Assembly: GCA_035325685.1 (NCBI GenBank) | Contig: DAOKZJ010000001.1 | Span: 160 to 64,159 of the forward strand | Length of the DNA stretch: 64,000 bases | From: Candidatus Moraniibacteriota bacterium | GTDB lineage: Bacteria; Patescibacteriota; Minisyncoccia; Moranbacterales; GWC2-37-73 | Direction of reading: 5' to 3' | Shown here: positions 48,837 to 59,718 of the stretch, in pieces | Layout: each line of letters opens with the position of its first letter | Position numbering within the stretch: the stretch's first letter is position 1 | Translations under genes and position numbers: made by a program | The notes under the pieces: model-generated | What the model was told of the DNA's origin: nothing | The model's input: only the letters and a program-made list of their open reading frames with translations | The model's database searches: none

Positions 48837-49943
48837 TTACAAAGTTAACTCGATTATTCCGTTGGCGATTATATCCGCTGCCGCTTGATTATAAAAAGCG
48901 CGGATATTGCGTGAAAGCGCTCTATTTAAATCATCATCTCCCAAAACCTCTCCTATTTTTTGCAAAAGCAGATTCTGTCCCAAATTGTTTTCATCGATGA
49001 CTATCGCCGCGCCCTGCGTAGAAAGCGCATGCGCGTTAAGGCGCTGATGATCATTGGCTGCCCCTTCCAAAGGAATGAGGATGAGCGGCTTGCCCACTGC
49101 CGCGCTTTCGGCTATGGCCGTGGCTCCAGCACGGCTAACAATTGCATCTGCAAGCGCATAAGCATCGCGTAACATCGCTTCATCCAAAAAAGCAACCGGA
49201 TAGTAACCCTCCCGCTCAGCTTTTATTCCTTGCGTCGCCGCGAGCCGTACCACCGCTTCATAATTAGCCTTGCCCGTCTGGTGGATTATTTGCATTTTGG
49301 GCAAAAGTTGCGGCAAAGCACGCACGATAATGCCATTTATAGCGCTTGCGCCCTGACTGCCGCCCAAAACCAAAAGGACCGGCTTGGACTGGGTGAATCC
49401 CAGCTTGGAACGCAACGCTTGCGCACTTCCCTCCAAAAGCGCGGGCCTGACCGGATTGCCCACCAAGGCGGTTTTCGCCGCGGGAAAATATTCTTTGGCT
49501 GAAGGGTAAGCAACCGCAATCCTTTGGGCGAAACGCGCCAAAAATTGATTGGCCACTCCGGGAACCGCATCTGATTCATGAATCATCACCGGGATGCGAT
49601 AAGTGCGAGCGGCAAGCACAACCGGCAAGGCGGCATACCCCCCCTTGGAAAAGACTGCGTCCGGCATGTTCCAGAGCAATATCCACAGAGATTGCAAAAA
49701 TCCTGCGGGAATTTTAAAGATATCCGTAAAATTTTTAAGCGAAGGATACCTGCGCCATTTACCGCTGAGTACGAACCGCATCGGGATGTTGGCCGCGCCC
49801 ATTACTTCCTTTTCCAATGGCGCCCCGCTGCCTATGTACAAAAACTCCGCTTCCGGGCCTAGTTTTTCTTTGAGTTTTTCCGCCACGGCCACTAAGGGGA
49901 AAAGATGTCCTCCCGTTCCTCCGCCCGTAAGTATTATCCGCAT
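48837..49943 (-). CDS. murG: Lipid II synthesis glycosyltransferase MurG
   Basis: TGGGTGGH, KGGY, HESD, GGSQGA, HQRLNA. Confidence 0.97.
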   Translation of the reverse strand: MRIILTGGGTGGHLFPLVAVAEKLKEKLGPEAEFLYIGSGAPLEKEVMGAANIPMRFVLSGKWRRYPSLKNFTDIFKIPAGFLQSLWILLWNMPDAVFSKGGYAALPVVLAARTYRIPVMIHESDAVPGVANQFLARFAQRIAVAYPSAKEYFPAAKTALVGNPVRPALLEGSAQALRSKLGFTQSKPVLLVLGGSQGASAINGIIVRALPQLLPKMQIIHQTGKANYEAVVRLAATQGIKAEREGYYPVAFLDEAMLRDAYALADAIVSRAGATAIAESAAVGKPLILIPLEGAANDHQRLNAHALSTQGAAIVIDENNLGQNLLLQKIGEVLGDDDLNRALSRNIRAFYNQAAADIIANGIIELTL

Positions 49944-50051
49944 ATTTTTAAAAAATAATTCTAAATGACTTTTTTTATTTTCAGCCCTTTTGTCCGCTTA
50001 ACTTGCTTATTGTTTTTTATGTTTTCATATTTACCTGCCTACACACTTCAA

Positions 50052-51164
50052 TCACGCGCCCGACCTTCGGGAAATACTGAGCAAAATCCCCACCGATGCC
50101 AACAAAAAAAGCAGCGATGTCCCTCCGTAACTTACAAAAGGAAGCGGAATCCCGGTCAGCGGAATAAGCGCGACGTTGGCGCCTATATTGACGAATGCCT
50201 GCAGCACTATCCAGGCAGTAACACCCACGGCCACATATCTGCCGAATTCGTCCGGCGCATTTTTGGCGATACGCAGCCCCCTCATGGCGATAAATACAAA
50301 AAGTCCCACGAGCAAAAATGCGCCGACAAACCCCAGTTCTTCCGAAATGACCGCAAAAATGGAATCCGTTACCGGCTCCGGCAGATAATTGAACTTTTGC
50401 CGGCTATGCCCTAAGCCGTTTCCCCAAAAACCGCCGCTTCCCACCGCCAAAAGCGCCTGCGTAACTTGATATCCTATTCCTTGCGGATCTCCGGCGGGAT
50501 TGAGGAAGGCCAAGAGCCTGTTAAGCCGGTATGGCTCCATCGCGACAAGCAGCCCCAAAAGGGCCACTCCTCCGGCCAAAATCCCAGCTATATGCGAAAA
50601 ACGTGCACCGGCTACGAAAAAAATAGCGAAAGCACTGAGCGCGATCACGCCGAAAGTGCCGGTGTCGGGCTGCTTAAGCACCAAAAGGCCCACCACGCCC
50701 ACTATACCCAAAAAAGGAACCAGTCCTTCCAAGAAATCCGCCACCTGCCTGGAAGTGCGCGAAGAAAGCCAGGCGCTCACGTACAAAATAACACTCAGCT
50801 TAGCCATTTCGGACGGCTGAAAAGAAAAAGATCCGAGTTGCAGCCAGCGGCTCGCTCCGTAAACGCGCGAACCCACCCCGGGAACAAAAACCAACAAAAG
50901 CAAAACTATCATTAACATGAAAATAGGTACGGCAAATTTCTTCCAAATACGGTAATCGATGCGAGCCATAAGCCACATAGCCGCAAGTCCGGGCAATACC
51001 CCAAAAACCAATTGGTGCTTGAAAAACCAATAGGAATCGCCAAACCTGGTCGTGGAATAGATGATCCCCGCGCTGGAAATCATGACTAGCCCGAAAACCA
51101 GCAGCGCGATTACCGCGCCTAAAAAAGCTTTTTCCTCCTTAGGCTTTTGTTCACTTCTTGTCAT
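50052..51164 (-). CDS. ftsW: SEDS-family peptidoglycan polymerase FtsW
   Basis: [44 protein letters not shown]. Confidence 0.95.
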   Translation of the reverse strand: MTRSEQKPKEEKAFLGAVIALLVFGLVMISSAGIIYSTTRFGDSYWFFKHQLVFGVLPGLAAMWLMARIDYRIWKKFAVPIFMLMIVLLLLVFVPGVGSRVYGASRWLQLGSFSFQPSEMAKLSVILYVSAWLSSRTSRQVADFLEGLVPFLGIVGVVGLLVLKQPDTGTFGVIALSAFAIFFVAGARFSHIAGILAGGVALLGLLVAMEPYRLNRLLAFLNPAGDPQGIGYQVTQALLAVGSGGFWGNGLGHSRQKFNYLPEPVTDSIFAVISEELGFVGAFLLVGLFVFIAMRGLRIAKNAPDEFGRYVAVGVTAWIVLQAFVNIGANVALIPLTGIPLPFVSYGGTSLLFLLASVGILLSISRRSGA

Positions 51165-51865
51165 TTGATTTCTCTTGCGTTTTCACTGTCCGAAAAACTC
51201 GCTTCGCCGGACATGCCCAGGCGCCATTTTTCTATCTCCGCATGATTGCCGCTCAAAAGAATTTCCGGAACCTTCCATCCGTTAAACTCTTCCGGCTTGG
51301 TATATTGCGGGTACTCCAAATACCCTCGTTTGCTGTGCGATTCAATTTCCGCGCTTTGCTTGTTGCCCAACACTCCCGGAAGCAATCTGGTTATGCTATC
51401 CACCAAAGCCATTGCCGGTATTTCTCCGCCAGTCAGCACGAAGTCACCCAAAGAAATCTCCTCGTCCGCAACATACTGGGCCACCCTTTCATCTACGCCT
51501 TCGTATCTTCCGCAAATAAGAATGAGCTGGTCATATTTCGAAAGTCTTCGGGCGTCTTCTTGCGAAAATCTTTTGCCCTTGGCCGAAAACAAAATCACCT
51601 TGACTTTTTTCTCGCTTTTTTCTCCCTCTCCCTCCTTTTGCTTGAGCGCCTTCACGCAGCTATATATCGGCTCCACTTGCATCACCATTCCCGCCCCTCC
51701 GCCATAGGGGGTGTCGTCCACATTGCGATGCTTGTTCGTCGAATAGAAGCGCAGATCGTGCGCCGCTATTTCAACCGCACCAGCCTCTCGGGCACGCTTC
51801 ATAATGGACTCGCCGAAGTAAGAATCAAAAATCTTGGGAAAAATTGTAAGGATATCGAAACGCAT
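51161..51865 (-). CDS. trmD: tRNA (guanine-N1)-methyltransferase
   Basis: [40 protein letters not shown]. Confidence 0.98.
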   Translation of the reverse strand: MRFDILTIFPKIFDSYFGESIMKRAREAGAVEIAAHDLRFYSTNKHRNVDDTPYGGGAGMVMQVEPIYSCVKALKQKEGEGEKSEKKVKVILFSAKGKRFSQEDARRLSKYDQLILICGRYEGVDERVAQYVADEEISLGDFVLTGGEIPAMALVDSITRLLPGVLGNKQSAEIESHSKRGYLEYPQYTKPEEFNGWKVPEILLSGNHAEIEKWRLGMSGEASFSDSENAREIK

Positions 51866-52007
51866 AAAATGTGCTTTAGCTTTGCAAATTGTCCTCAGCC
51901 GGATACGTATATATCTTATTTTATCACGACTTAAAAAATAAAAAAAGGGCTTACAAAAAAGAAAAACGGCCCCCGCGATAACGAGAGCCGTACAATTTCA
52001 AAGCTGC

Positions 52008-52502
52008 TCACTCCACATATTTGAAGCAATAGAGCGCCAGATGGAAAGATTCTTCTCCGCCCTGTTGGTGGCAAAGCTGCAGCATGCACTCCTGTGCCTT
52101 GGCATAATCCTGGAACGGACGAAGGCCATTTTCCCTAAGGCTGTTACCGCCTTGGGATGCCCAGCGGGCCGTGCTCTTTTTCCGGGCGCCGATTAGGTCA
52201 TATTCTTTGAAGTTCTTGGCAATGACCACAAAGGAACCGTTTTCATTCTTACGAAACAATTTCCGATCCCGCACATCTTCGGCAATTATGAGTTGCATAT
52301 GCCCCAGAAAAATTTCCTGGAAAATGCCTCGCCGCGAAAGTTCTTCCCTTGCTTTTTCAGCTTGCCTTTTGCAAAAAAAGAATTCCAATCCGTTTTCCTG
52401 GATATTTTCGCAAAAACAACCTTTCGCCTTGCCTTTACCCCAAAAAACAACCCTATCCCTTCCAAGCAAAGCGATACACAAATACCCTTTTTTCACTTTC
52501 AT
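52008..52502 (-). CDS. Hypothetical protein with an internal repeat (164 aa)
   Basis: GAAAGGAG SD; two ENGL..F motifs; own promoter and terminator. Confidence 0.7.
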   Translation of the reverse strand: MKVKKGYLCIALLGRDRVVFWGKGKAKGCFCENIQENGLEFFFCKRQAEKAREELSRRGIFQEIFLGHMQLIIAEDVRDRKLFRKNENGSFVVIAKNFKEYDLIGARKKSTARWASQGGNSLRENGLRPFQDYAKAQECMLQLCHQQGGEESFHLALYCFKYVE

Positions 52503-52650
52503 CCCCAGTCTCCTTTCAGCTTGTTTTCAAAGAATACCGCTACTTAAGCCAGATTTTTTATTTCAGCGCCCAAGCAAGGCTAAGCCAAAGCCTTATTCCC
52601 GACATAAAACCGGAGTCTTGCTCCGGTTTTTAACTATAACTCCTTTTATA

Positions 52651-52679
52651 ATTATACACCCAAATCAGAATTTAGTCAA
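52651..52679 (-). promoter_or_regulatory. Sigma70 promoter of the orphan ORF at 52502
   Basis: TTGACT-17-TATAAT. Confidence 0.8.
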
Positions 52680-52723
52680 GCACAAAAAACCCCGCTGCAA
52701 GCGGGGCTTTTATTGCGCTGATA

Positions 52724-53059
52724 TTACATGCTCAGGTCTCCCATCACGTCATCGATGCTCTTGGGAGCATCGCCGGCAGGAGCTGCGCTGCCACGGGTGG
52801 AACCGGCAGGTTCATTGATTTTGAGATTCACGCGTGCATTGTTGCGTGCGCCGATCACGCGCAAAAGGGTGCGCAGCGCTTTGGCTGTCTGTCCTTCGCG
52901 TCCGATAACCATGCCCATATCCGCAGGATTCACGTCGAGCGTGATAAGCACTCCCATCTCGTCTATCTTGCGCTCCACCTTCACATCTTCCGGACTGTCC
53001 ACAAGAGCCTTGACGGCGAATTCGAGGAATTCCTGATCTGTTGGTCTTTTGTCTGTCAT
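52724..53059 (-). CDS. khpA: KH-domain RNA-binding protein (KhpA/UPF0109)
   Basis: ALVDSPEDV...DMGMVIGREGQTAKALRTLL. Confidence 0.92.
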   Translation of the reverse strand: MTDKRPTDQEFLEFAVKALVDSPEDVKVERKIDEMGVLITLDVNPADMGMVIGREGQTAKALRTLLRVIGARNNARVNLKINEPAGSTRGSAAPAGDAPKSIDDVMGDLSM

Positions 53060-53169
53060 ATTCTTATCTTTTTACTGCTATTTAACACTCCCGGAGTCCC
53101 GCAGTCGGCCGACTACCGCCCTTGGAAACCCTCCTTCCTTCTTATTATGCCCTTGACCGATATCTCTTG

Positions 53170-54603
53170 TCAATTGCGCCTTCTGCGCAAAAGAACTACT
53201 GCGGTTTTAAGGCCTATTTGGATATCCAGCCATAGCGACCAGTTCTCTATGTAATACAAATCAAGCTTATATTCGTCCTCAAAATCCAGGTCTGAGCGCC
53301 CGGAAATCTGAGCCATCCCGGTGATACCCGGCTTGATAGTAAGCAAGCGGCGATGATATTCATGATATTTATCCACCTCCCGCTGCTGGTGTGGCCGCGG
53401 ACCAACCAAGCTCATCTCACCCTTCAGGACATTGAACAGCTGCGGCAATTCGTCGATGGAATAACGCTCCAAAAAGGAACCTACTCGCGTTTTGCGCGGA
53501 TCGTCTTTTATTTTGTAAAGAGGTCCTTTACGGATGCTGCGCTGCCTAATGAGTTGCTGCTCATAAAGAAGCGCTTTTTTACCCTCGGGCGTATTGGGGT
53601 CCGTACAAAACTCCCACTTCATATATCGAAATTTGAGCACGTCAAATTTTTCCCCGTTAGCGCCTATACGCTCATTGCGATAAATGATCGGCCCGCCCTT
53701 TTTCCTCTCAAAAAAAGATTCCGCCTTCACCGCCAAAGCGGCCAAAGTCATCAGCGGCGAAAAGAGAACGATAAGCACTGAAGATCCCGTAAGGTCGAAA
53801 ACTCTCTTGAGGATGCGTCCCCAACCTTCCAAGGGGGTGTGCCTTATTTCAATGATCGGCTCGCCCATGAGGATGCCGGTTTCGAAGCGGGATGTTTGCA
53901 ATGTGGTCGGAATGAACTTGTACGCGATATTGTTGATGGCCGAGTAGTCAATGAGCTTTTCCTGTTCCGCATCCGTCAACATGGAATCGCATACGATGAT
54001 TTCATCTATGCCCTTGGCTTGCCGCATTTCCCGTACGGCTCGAATGCTTCCGCTATCGAGATGCCCCACGACCTTGTATCCAAGTTCTTTGCGTTTTTTA
54101 AGTATTTCACTGATACGCTTCATTTTGCCGTTACTGCCGATAAGCAATACGCGATGCACGCCCATCCCCTTGTGTACCAAAAGCCATTTCTGAACCAAAT
54201 GCAACAAATAACGCCCGAAAGTGACATAGAAAGCGGCCAAAATCCAGCCAGAAAGAATGATAAAGCGGGAAGAAAACCATTCGCGCTTCAAAAAAATAGT
54301 AACGATGATCGCCACCAAAACCAGCGAGGTGGCCGTAAACACCTTGCGCGCTTCATGTGAAAAGCGCCGGGTCACTTGGGTATTGTAAAGACCCTCCAAA
54401 GCAAACACTGCCAAAAAAAGCGGCAGCACGTAAAGCACTATTTTGAGATATTGATCGAAAGGAAAATTGTAAAGCTTGGGTTTGAGAGCCAAAATTTCCG
54501 GAATATTGCGGATAGCGAAAGCGCTGAGTGCGGCCAGCATCACCATCCCCGCATCCAACGGCACTTGTACTGCGCTAAAAAGCAGTTCACTGCGTTTTTT
54601 CAT
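53170..54603 (-). CDS. Polyprenyl-phosphate glycosylphosphotransferase (WcaJ/WbaP-type)
   Basis: N-terminal TMs; [37 protein letters not shown]. Confidence 0.94.
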   Translation of the reverse strand: MKKRSELLFSAVQVPLDAGMVMLAALSAFAIRNIPEILALKPKLYNFPFDQYLKIVLYVLPLFLAVFALEGLYNTQVTRRFSHEARKVFTATSLVLVAIIVTIFLKREWFSSRFIILSGWILAAFYVTFGRYLLHLVQKWLLVHKGMGVHRVLLIGSNGKMKRISEILKKRKELGYKVVGHLDSGSIRAVREMRQAKGIDEIIVCDSMLTDAEQEKLIDYSAINNIAYKFIPTTLQTSRFETGILMGEPIIEIRHTPLEGWGRILKRVFDLTGSSVLIVLFSPLMTLAALAVKAESFFERKKGGPIIYRNERIGANGEKFDVLKFRYMKWEFCTDPNTPEGKKALLYEQQLIRQRSIRKGPLYKIKDDPRKTRVGSFLERYSIDELPQLFNVLKGEMSLVGPRPHQQREVDKYHEYHRRLLTIKPGITGMAQISGRSDLDFEDEYKLDLYYIENWSLWLDIQIGLKTAVVLLRRRRN

Positions 54604-54660
54604 ATTTGATTTCTTTTAGAGTTGGCCGGAAGACCCCTGGCAAAAGGGAGGGGAAAATGA

Positions 54661-55103
54661 GTATGTTGCCTGCCCAAGCAAACATGTAAGCCGGATTCTG
54701 TCACTTCCGCAAAACAGAAGCGGACAACTATTTATCTAGCTCTGGCGTTTCCGCCAGAATCAAGCGGCACTCCGCCGACGCAAAAGCGTCGCCGGCACGG
54801 CCTTGCACCACGCAGGGTTTGCCATCTTCCGCCGTCGCCGGCGGAGAACTGCCGTAGCCCACATCCTTTGCTAATCAGCTGATGAAGCAAAGTCGTGTAC
54901 CTCGGCAAACTTTTCACCTTTTGCCAGCGCTGCGCACTGGCTAGTATAGTCTCTGTGGCACTTTCCCTTCCACGGCGTCACCGCTGTGGCGGTGGGCGTT
55001 ACCCACTGCGCCTAATCCCGACAAGTCGGAATTGGTGTCCGGACTTTCCTCTCTCCGCCTAAGCGGACAGCAGCTGTCCCGCCTGCTACGACAGGCAACA
55101 CAC
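54661..55103 (-). ncRNA. rnpB: RNase P RNA
   Basis: Minus-strand GAGGAAAGTCC (55051-55041) and ACAGAATCCGGCTTAC (54701-54686); complementary termini form P1; promoter TTGACA-17-CATAAT at 55179-55151. Confidence 0.95.
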
Positions 55104-55211
55104 TCATCTTTTCCCGGCTGTCAAAAAACTCTTTTGGGCCCATTTTTTCCATTATGTATCCCTCTTGGTCTTTTGTCAATCCCTTTTAGTATTTTTTTGG
55201 CTTATTTAAAG

Positions 55212-57092
55212 CTAATTTCTCCCACCAAAATACCATTCGTAAACCTCTTTGGTAACTGGAACGGCTCCTGACTGCCCTTCTCCGGCTCCTTCCACCAAAA
55301 CAACCATGGCTATCTCCGGATTTTCATACGGAGCAAAGGAAACAAACCAGGAATGCGTCCTATTCTCGTTTCCAAATTGCGCCGTACCCGTTTTGCCAGC
55401 TACCGCCACCGGAAGATCCTTGAGCTGCTGTGCCGTACCGTCCGTTATGGTTTTGCGCATCCCCTCCAGCACGACTTGCATGATGCGCTTGTCCATTATG
55501 CCGCTTCTTATTTTTTCAGACTTGACTGAAGATTCCTCTCCGTTTTGGTTTTTGATTTTACTTACGATATGCGGCCTCCAAAGTGTTCCGCCGTTAGCCA
55601 GCGCCGCCGTATAATTAGCCAACTGCAACGGAGTGGACGTTACGTATCCTTGCCCTATGGAAGCATGGTAACTGTTACCGATATACCACTTCTCCCCCAA
55701 TTTATCCAACTTCCATTGCTCATTCGGAATAAAACCGCTTGCCTCTCCTCCCATATCCACTCCTGTCGGATGACCGAAACCAAAAAGCTCATAATATTTT
55801 TTCATCCTGGTCATACCCATTCCTCCGATAGAGCCGTATCCTCCGCCAATCGTATAAAAAAAGATGTCATTACTTTCGGCAATAGCCGTACGCACATCGC
55901 TTGGACCATGCACCTTCCAATCCCCAAACGAAAAACTTCCTATCCGAAGCGTACCTCCGAGTCCGTCTATGATTGTCTCGGGGGTTATAATTCCTTCCGC
56001 CAAAGCTCCGGCGGCGATTGCCGGCTTTATTGTTGAACCGGGCGCGTATTCTCCAGCCACGGCTCGGTTGAAAAGCGGCTTGTCCTTGTCAGCAATAAGT
56101 GCGGCATATTGTTCGGACGGAATCTTTTTGGCAAAAAGGTTATTGTCAAAACTAGGCACATTGACCAGGGCCAACACTTCTCCATTACGCGGATCGATAG
56201 CTACTGCCGCGCCCGTTCGCGTTTGGGCTCCTTCCAATTTGGAAGTCAGGCTATCATATAGCTTCTTTTGCAATTGAGCATCTATCCCTAAAAAAAGATC
56301 GCTGCCCGGCGTGGGATTGATAATGCCCAATTCGCGCTTGGCATTGCCGCGCGAATCCACTTCTAACTGCCTGGCGCCATGCACGCCGCGAAGTTCTTTC
56401 TCGTAAGATTTTTCTATCCCTTGTTTTCCGATATAATCCGTGAGCAAATAACCTTGCGCGGCATTTTCTTCATATTCTTTGCGCTCTATCTTTCCTTCGT
56501 ATCCCAACACATGCGCAAAAATAACACTATCCGCATATTCGCGGATTGCCGTCTTTTCAATACTTACGCCGCCAAGTTGCGCCTCCTTTTCCATCAAAAC
56601 CAGCGCTTCACTGTGCGTGATGTTTTCCTTAAGGAGCACCGCTGCCGAAGATTTGCGATCAGTATTTTCCATTCGCACCATCACATCTTCCTCATTCATT
56701 CCCAAAACATTCGCCGCCTCCTTGGCTATCGTATTTCTCAACTGGCCGTCTTCGGGAAGATCCGACGGAACAATCACCGCATCGATGCTGGGGATATTGC
56801 TGACCAGTGGCGTGCCAAAACGATCGAATATTCTTCCGCGCGGAGCCTTGATTACCACCGAGCGCACACTGTTCCCTTTCGCCACCTGGGCATAATAAGG
56901 ACCTTTTACCACGGCCAAGTAAGTGGCGCGAAGACTTAACAAGAAAGCGGCAATCAAGGCGATCCACCAAAGCATCTCCAGCCCTTTCTGTCCGAGCGGA
57001 CGCTCCATCTTGGCTGCTTCGCGTTCAGTCGCCGTAAGCACATAATCTTCTATTTCCATCCCGGCATTGCCTGATCTTCTTCTTTTGAACAT
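55212..57092 (-). CDS. mrdA: Penicillin-binding protein 2
   Basis: APRGRIFDR, PGSTIK (SxxK), SND (SxN-like), GKTGTAQ; follows mreBCD. Confidence 0.95.
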   Translation of the reverse strand: MFKRRRSGNAGMEIEDYVLTATEREAAKMERPLGQKGLEMLWWIALIAAFLLSLRATYLAVVKGPYYAQVAKGNSVRSVVIKAPRGRIFDRFGTPLVSNIPSIDAVIVPSDLPEDGQLRNTIAKEAANVLGMNEEDVMVRMENTDRKSSAAVLLKENITHSEALVLMEKEAQLGGVSIEKTAIREYADSVIFAHVLGYEGKIERKEYEENAAQGYLLTDYIGKQGIEKSYEKELRGVHGARQLEVDSRGNAKRELGIINPTPGSDLFLGIDAQLQKKLYDSLTSKLEGAQTRTGAAVAIDPRNGEVLALVNVPSFDNNLFAKKIPSEQYAALIADKDKPLFNRAVAGEYAPGSTIKPAIAAGALAEGIITPETIIDGLGGTLRIGSFSFGDWKVHGPSDVRTAIAESNDIFFYTIGGGYGSIGGMGMTRMKKYYELFGFGHPTGVDMGGEASGFIPNEQWKLDKLGEKWYIGNSYHASIGQGYVTSTPLQLANYTAALANGGTLWRPHIVSKIKNQNGEESSVKSEKIRSGIMDKRIMQVVLEGMRKTITDGTAQQLKDLPVAVAGKTGTAQFGNENRTHSWFVSFAPYENPEIAMVVLVEGAGEGQSGAVPVTKEVYEWYFGGRN

Positions 57093-57115
57093 TTCTTTGC
57101 TTTTATATCCGCCTT

Positions 57116-57646
57116 TTATTTAAGCACCAATCCTGCTGTGGGCGCAAAGCGCCTCTTCAATGCTCGGATTATCCATATACCCAAAACCATAGCCGCAAAA
57201 TTGGCAAACCATTGCGAAAAAAGCGCCTGCATGCTAAAAGCTTGTTTCACCGCATCAACAATCGCCATTCCCTCTTTTTGCCAATACAAAGCATGGGAAA
57301 AGCGCAGCAGTAAGGTGGCTGCCAATGCCCATCCTGCCATAAGCAGAATTCCTCCGGCTTGAGCATCCGCAACCAATCTTCGGGAAAAAAAACTTACCAA
57401 ATATATGCTCGCAATAAGAGGAAGCACATGAAAACCAATTTTCGAAAAAGTAGCCGTATCATAAACAAGTCCCGCCACCACAGACCACCCCAGCGAAGCT
57501 TCAAACCCCAAGACTCTGGCTGCAGCCATAGCGAACATCAAAACGATATCCGGTCCGCGATCCGCTCCAAAAAGAGGAGCCACGAAACCGGTCTGCAAAA
57601 AAACAAGCAAAGAGATGACGGCTAATATGAGAAAACGTCTTTTCAT
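57116..57646 (-). CDS. mreD: Rod shape-determining protein MreD
   Basis: Hydrophobic, LQT...PDIVL...GLVYD; lies between mreC and mrdA. Confidence 0.82.
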   Translation of the reverse strand: MKRRFLILAVISLLVFLQTGFVAPLFGADRGPDIVLMFAMAAARVLGFEASLGWSVVAGLVYDTATFSKIGFHVLPLIASIYLVSFFSRRLVADAQAGGILLMAGWALAATLLLRFSHALYWQKEGMAIVDAVKQAFSMQALFSQWFANFAAMVLGIWIIRALKRRFAPTAGLVLK

Positions 57647-58467
57647 TTATTTTTTTCCTCAAGCGCTCCTTTAACCACAAAGACGTGTTCCAAGGCAGAA
57701 AAACGCACCGGTGAAGAAATCACCGCTTGCTGGAAAAGATGGTCTTCCGAGGGATGGGTCTGTTGCACCCCCCCTACCAAAAGACCTCTGGGCATTTCAC
57801 TGCCAATGCCTGAAGTAACTATGCTATCCCCTTTGTTTAAAACATCCATTTGCAAAACCATATCCATTATCATCCCCAAGCCGTATTCGCCTTTGAGCAC
57901 GCCTTTGGCCCCCGTCTGGGCCGAAACGACATTAATCGCGCTCTTGGGATTGGACAAAAGCATCACCTTGGCACGCGATTCATAAACCTCCTCCACCCTC
58001 CCGATTAATATGGAACGCGACACCACAACCGCCATACCGCTCCTTATGCCAGCCTCTTCCCCTTTGTTTATTTCTATCCAAGTCCCCCTGCCGGCCTCGT
58101 CCATGCTCAAAATACTAGCCGCTATCAATGCATACTTATCGCGGGGCAAAAGCTCCAGCTGCTCCCGCAAAAGCGCATTCTCCCTTTGCATATCTTTGAG
58201 AAGCGCATTTTCCGCTTCCAAATCAAGATTATGCATTCTTATCTGTTCATTCTCTTTTTTAAGGCTGCCGATGGCACCCAAAAATCCGCCCACCTCTTTA
58301 AAAGTAAGCGCCGCGGAATGTATGGCGGATCTTACCGGAGCGGTCAAAGACAAAAAGATGTTCGAAACCCCTTTGGGCGCATAATTGCCAAAGAAAACCA
58401 AGAAGCCCCCCCAAAAAGCTCCCAACAAAAGTACCTTAAAAAGCCTGGTGGCAAAAAATTTCCGCAT
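57643..58467 (-). CDS. mreC: Rod shape-determining protein MreC
   Basis: TM, coiled coil ENALLREQL, INKG...GI..GM.V, VTSG...PRGL.VG. Confidence 0.94.
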   Translation of the reverse strand: MRKFFATRLFKVLLLGAFWGGFLVFFGNYAPKGVSNIFLSLTAPVRSAIHSAALTFKEVGGFLGAIGSLKKENEQIRMHNLDLEAENALLKDMQRENALLREQLELLPRDKYALIAASILSMDEAGRGTWIEINKGEEAGIRSGMAVVVSRSILIGRVEEVYESRAKVMLLSNPKSAINVVSAQTGAKGVLKGEYGLGMIMDMVLQMDVLNKGDSIVTSGIGSEMPRGLLVGGVQQTHPSEDHLFQQAVISSPVRFSALEHVFVVKGALEEKNK

Positions 58468-58508
58468 CCCTTTTTCTCTTTAAATTTAGGCTTTTGCGGA
58501 TAAACTTT

Positions 58509-59600
58509 TCAGATGAATGACTTGGACCGCTGATCTTCTACCAATACCTCGCTTAGGGTGTCCAAATCTTCCAAAACAATACCCGCCCCCCTCACTACTG
58601 CCGTAAGGGGATCTTCCATAGTACGCACTGGCATTTCCGTCTGATTCGCAATCAAAGTGTCAAAACCTCGAATAAGTCCGCCGCCTCCGGCCAGCACTAT
58701 TCCACGCTGCATGATATCTGCCAAAAGTTCAGGGGGCGTTTCCTCGATAACCGTCTTTATATTATTTACGATTATCCTGACTGATCTGGAAATGGCTTCG
58801 CGCACCTGCTCGTCTGTTATAGTGACTTCCTTGGGCAAACCGCTGACCAGATCGCGTCCCCGTATGGGCATAGTCAATTGTTCCTTCAAAGGATGGGCGC
58901 TCCCAATTGCTATTTTAACATCCTCGGCCGTCTTTTCTCCGACAAGAAGATTGAATTCGTCACGACAATACCTGACGATATCTTCGTTCATCTCATCCCC
59001 CGCCACGCGCAAACTCCGTGCGCTCACTATTCCTCCGAGTGAAATAACGGCTATCTCGCTGGTCCCTCCTCCTATGTCCACTATCATATTGCCGCGCGCT
59101 TCAGTAACCGGAAGCCTTGCTCCGATTGCTGCCGCCATCGGCTCCTCGATCAAAAAAGCTTCGCGCGCACCCGCATTGAGCGCCGCATCCGTAACCGCTT
59201 TTTTCTCCACCTCGGTTATCCCCGAAGGAATTCCGATAAGCACCCGCGGGCGCGGCATAAACGAAAAAGATTCGCTATGCACCTTTTCAATAAAGAAACG
59301 GAGCATCTGCTCAGTCACCTCAAAATCACTGACCACACCGTCAACTAAAGGACGGGTTGCCACTATATGGCCGGGGGTCTTGCCCACCATGCGCTTGGCG
59401 TCTTTGCCGATCGCCAACACCTGCCCGGTCCGTTTATTCACGGCAACCACGGACGGCTCGTTGATCATAATACCCTTGCCTTGCACATACACAAGCGTAT
59501 TGGCCGTACCCAAATCTATCCCGATATCTCTGGAAAGATTACCGAAAGCATTGCCCGTGAGCTTGCCGATTAAGCTTTTTAGCACCGCATATTTAGCCAT
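58509..59600 (-). CDS. mreB: Actin-like protein MreB
   Basis: GIDLGTANT, NEPSVVA, IEEPMAAAIG, DIGGGT. Confidence 0.98.
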   Translation of the reverse strand: MAKYAVLKSLIGKLTGNAFGNLSRDIGIDLGTANTLVYVQGKGIMINEPSVVAVNKRTGQVLAIGKDAKRMVGKTPGHIVATRPLVDGVVSDFEVTEQMLRFFIEKVHSESFSFMPRPRVLIGIPSGITEVEKKAVTDAALNAGAREAFLIEEPMAAAIGARLPVTEARGNMIVDIGGGTSEIAVISLGGIVSARSLRVAGDEMNEDIVRYCRDEFNLLVGEKTAEDVKIAIGSAHPLKEQLTMPIRGRDLVSGLPKEVTITDEQVREAISRSVRIIVNNIKTVIEETPPELLADIMQRGIVLAGGGGLIRGFDTLIANQTEMPVRTMEDPLTAVVRGAGIVLEDLDTLSEVLVEDQRSKSFI

Positions 59601-59718
59601 AAACAGCTGGGAAAAGATTAAGCCTGGCGCCACTTAGGACTCCACGCCATACTGTCGTCAATAATACCGGACTGCGTCAGCACTGTCAAAATAACCCGCT
59701 CCTTTCCAAGTAACATTT

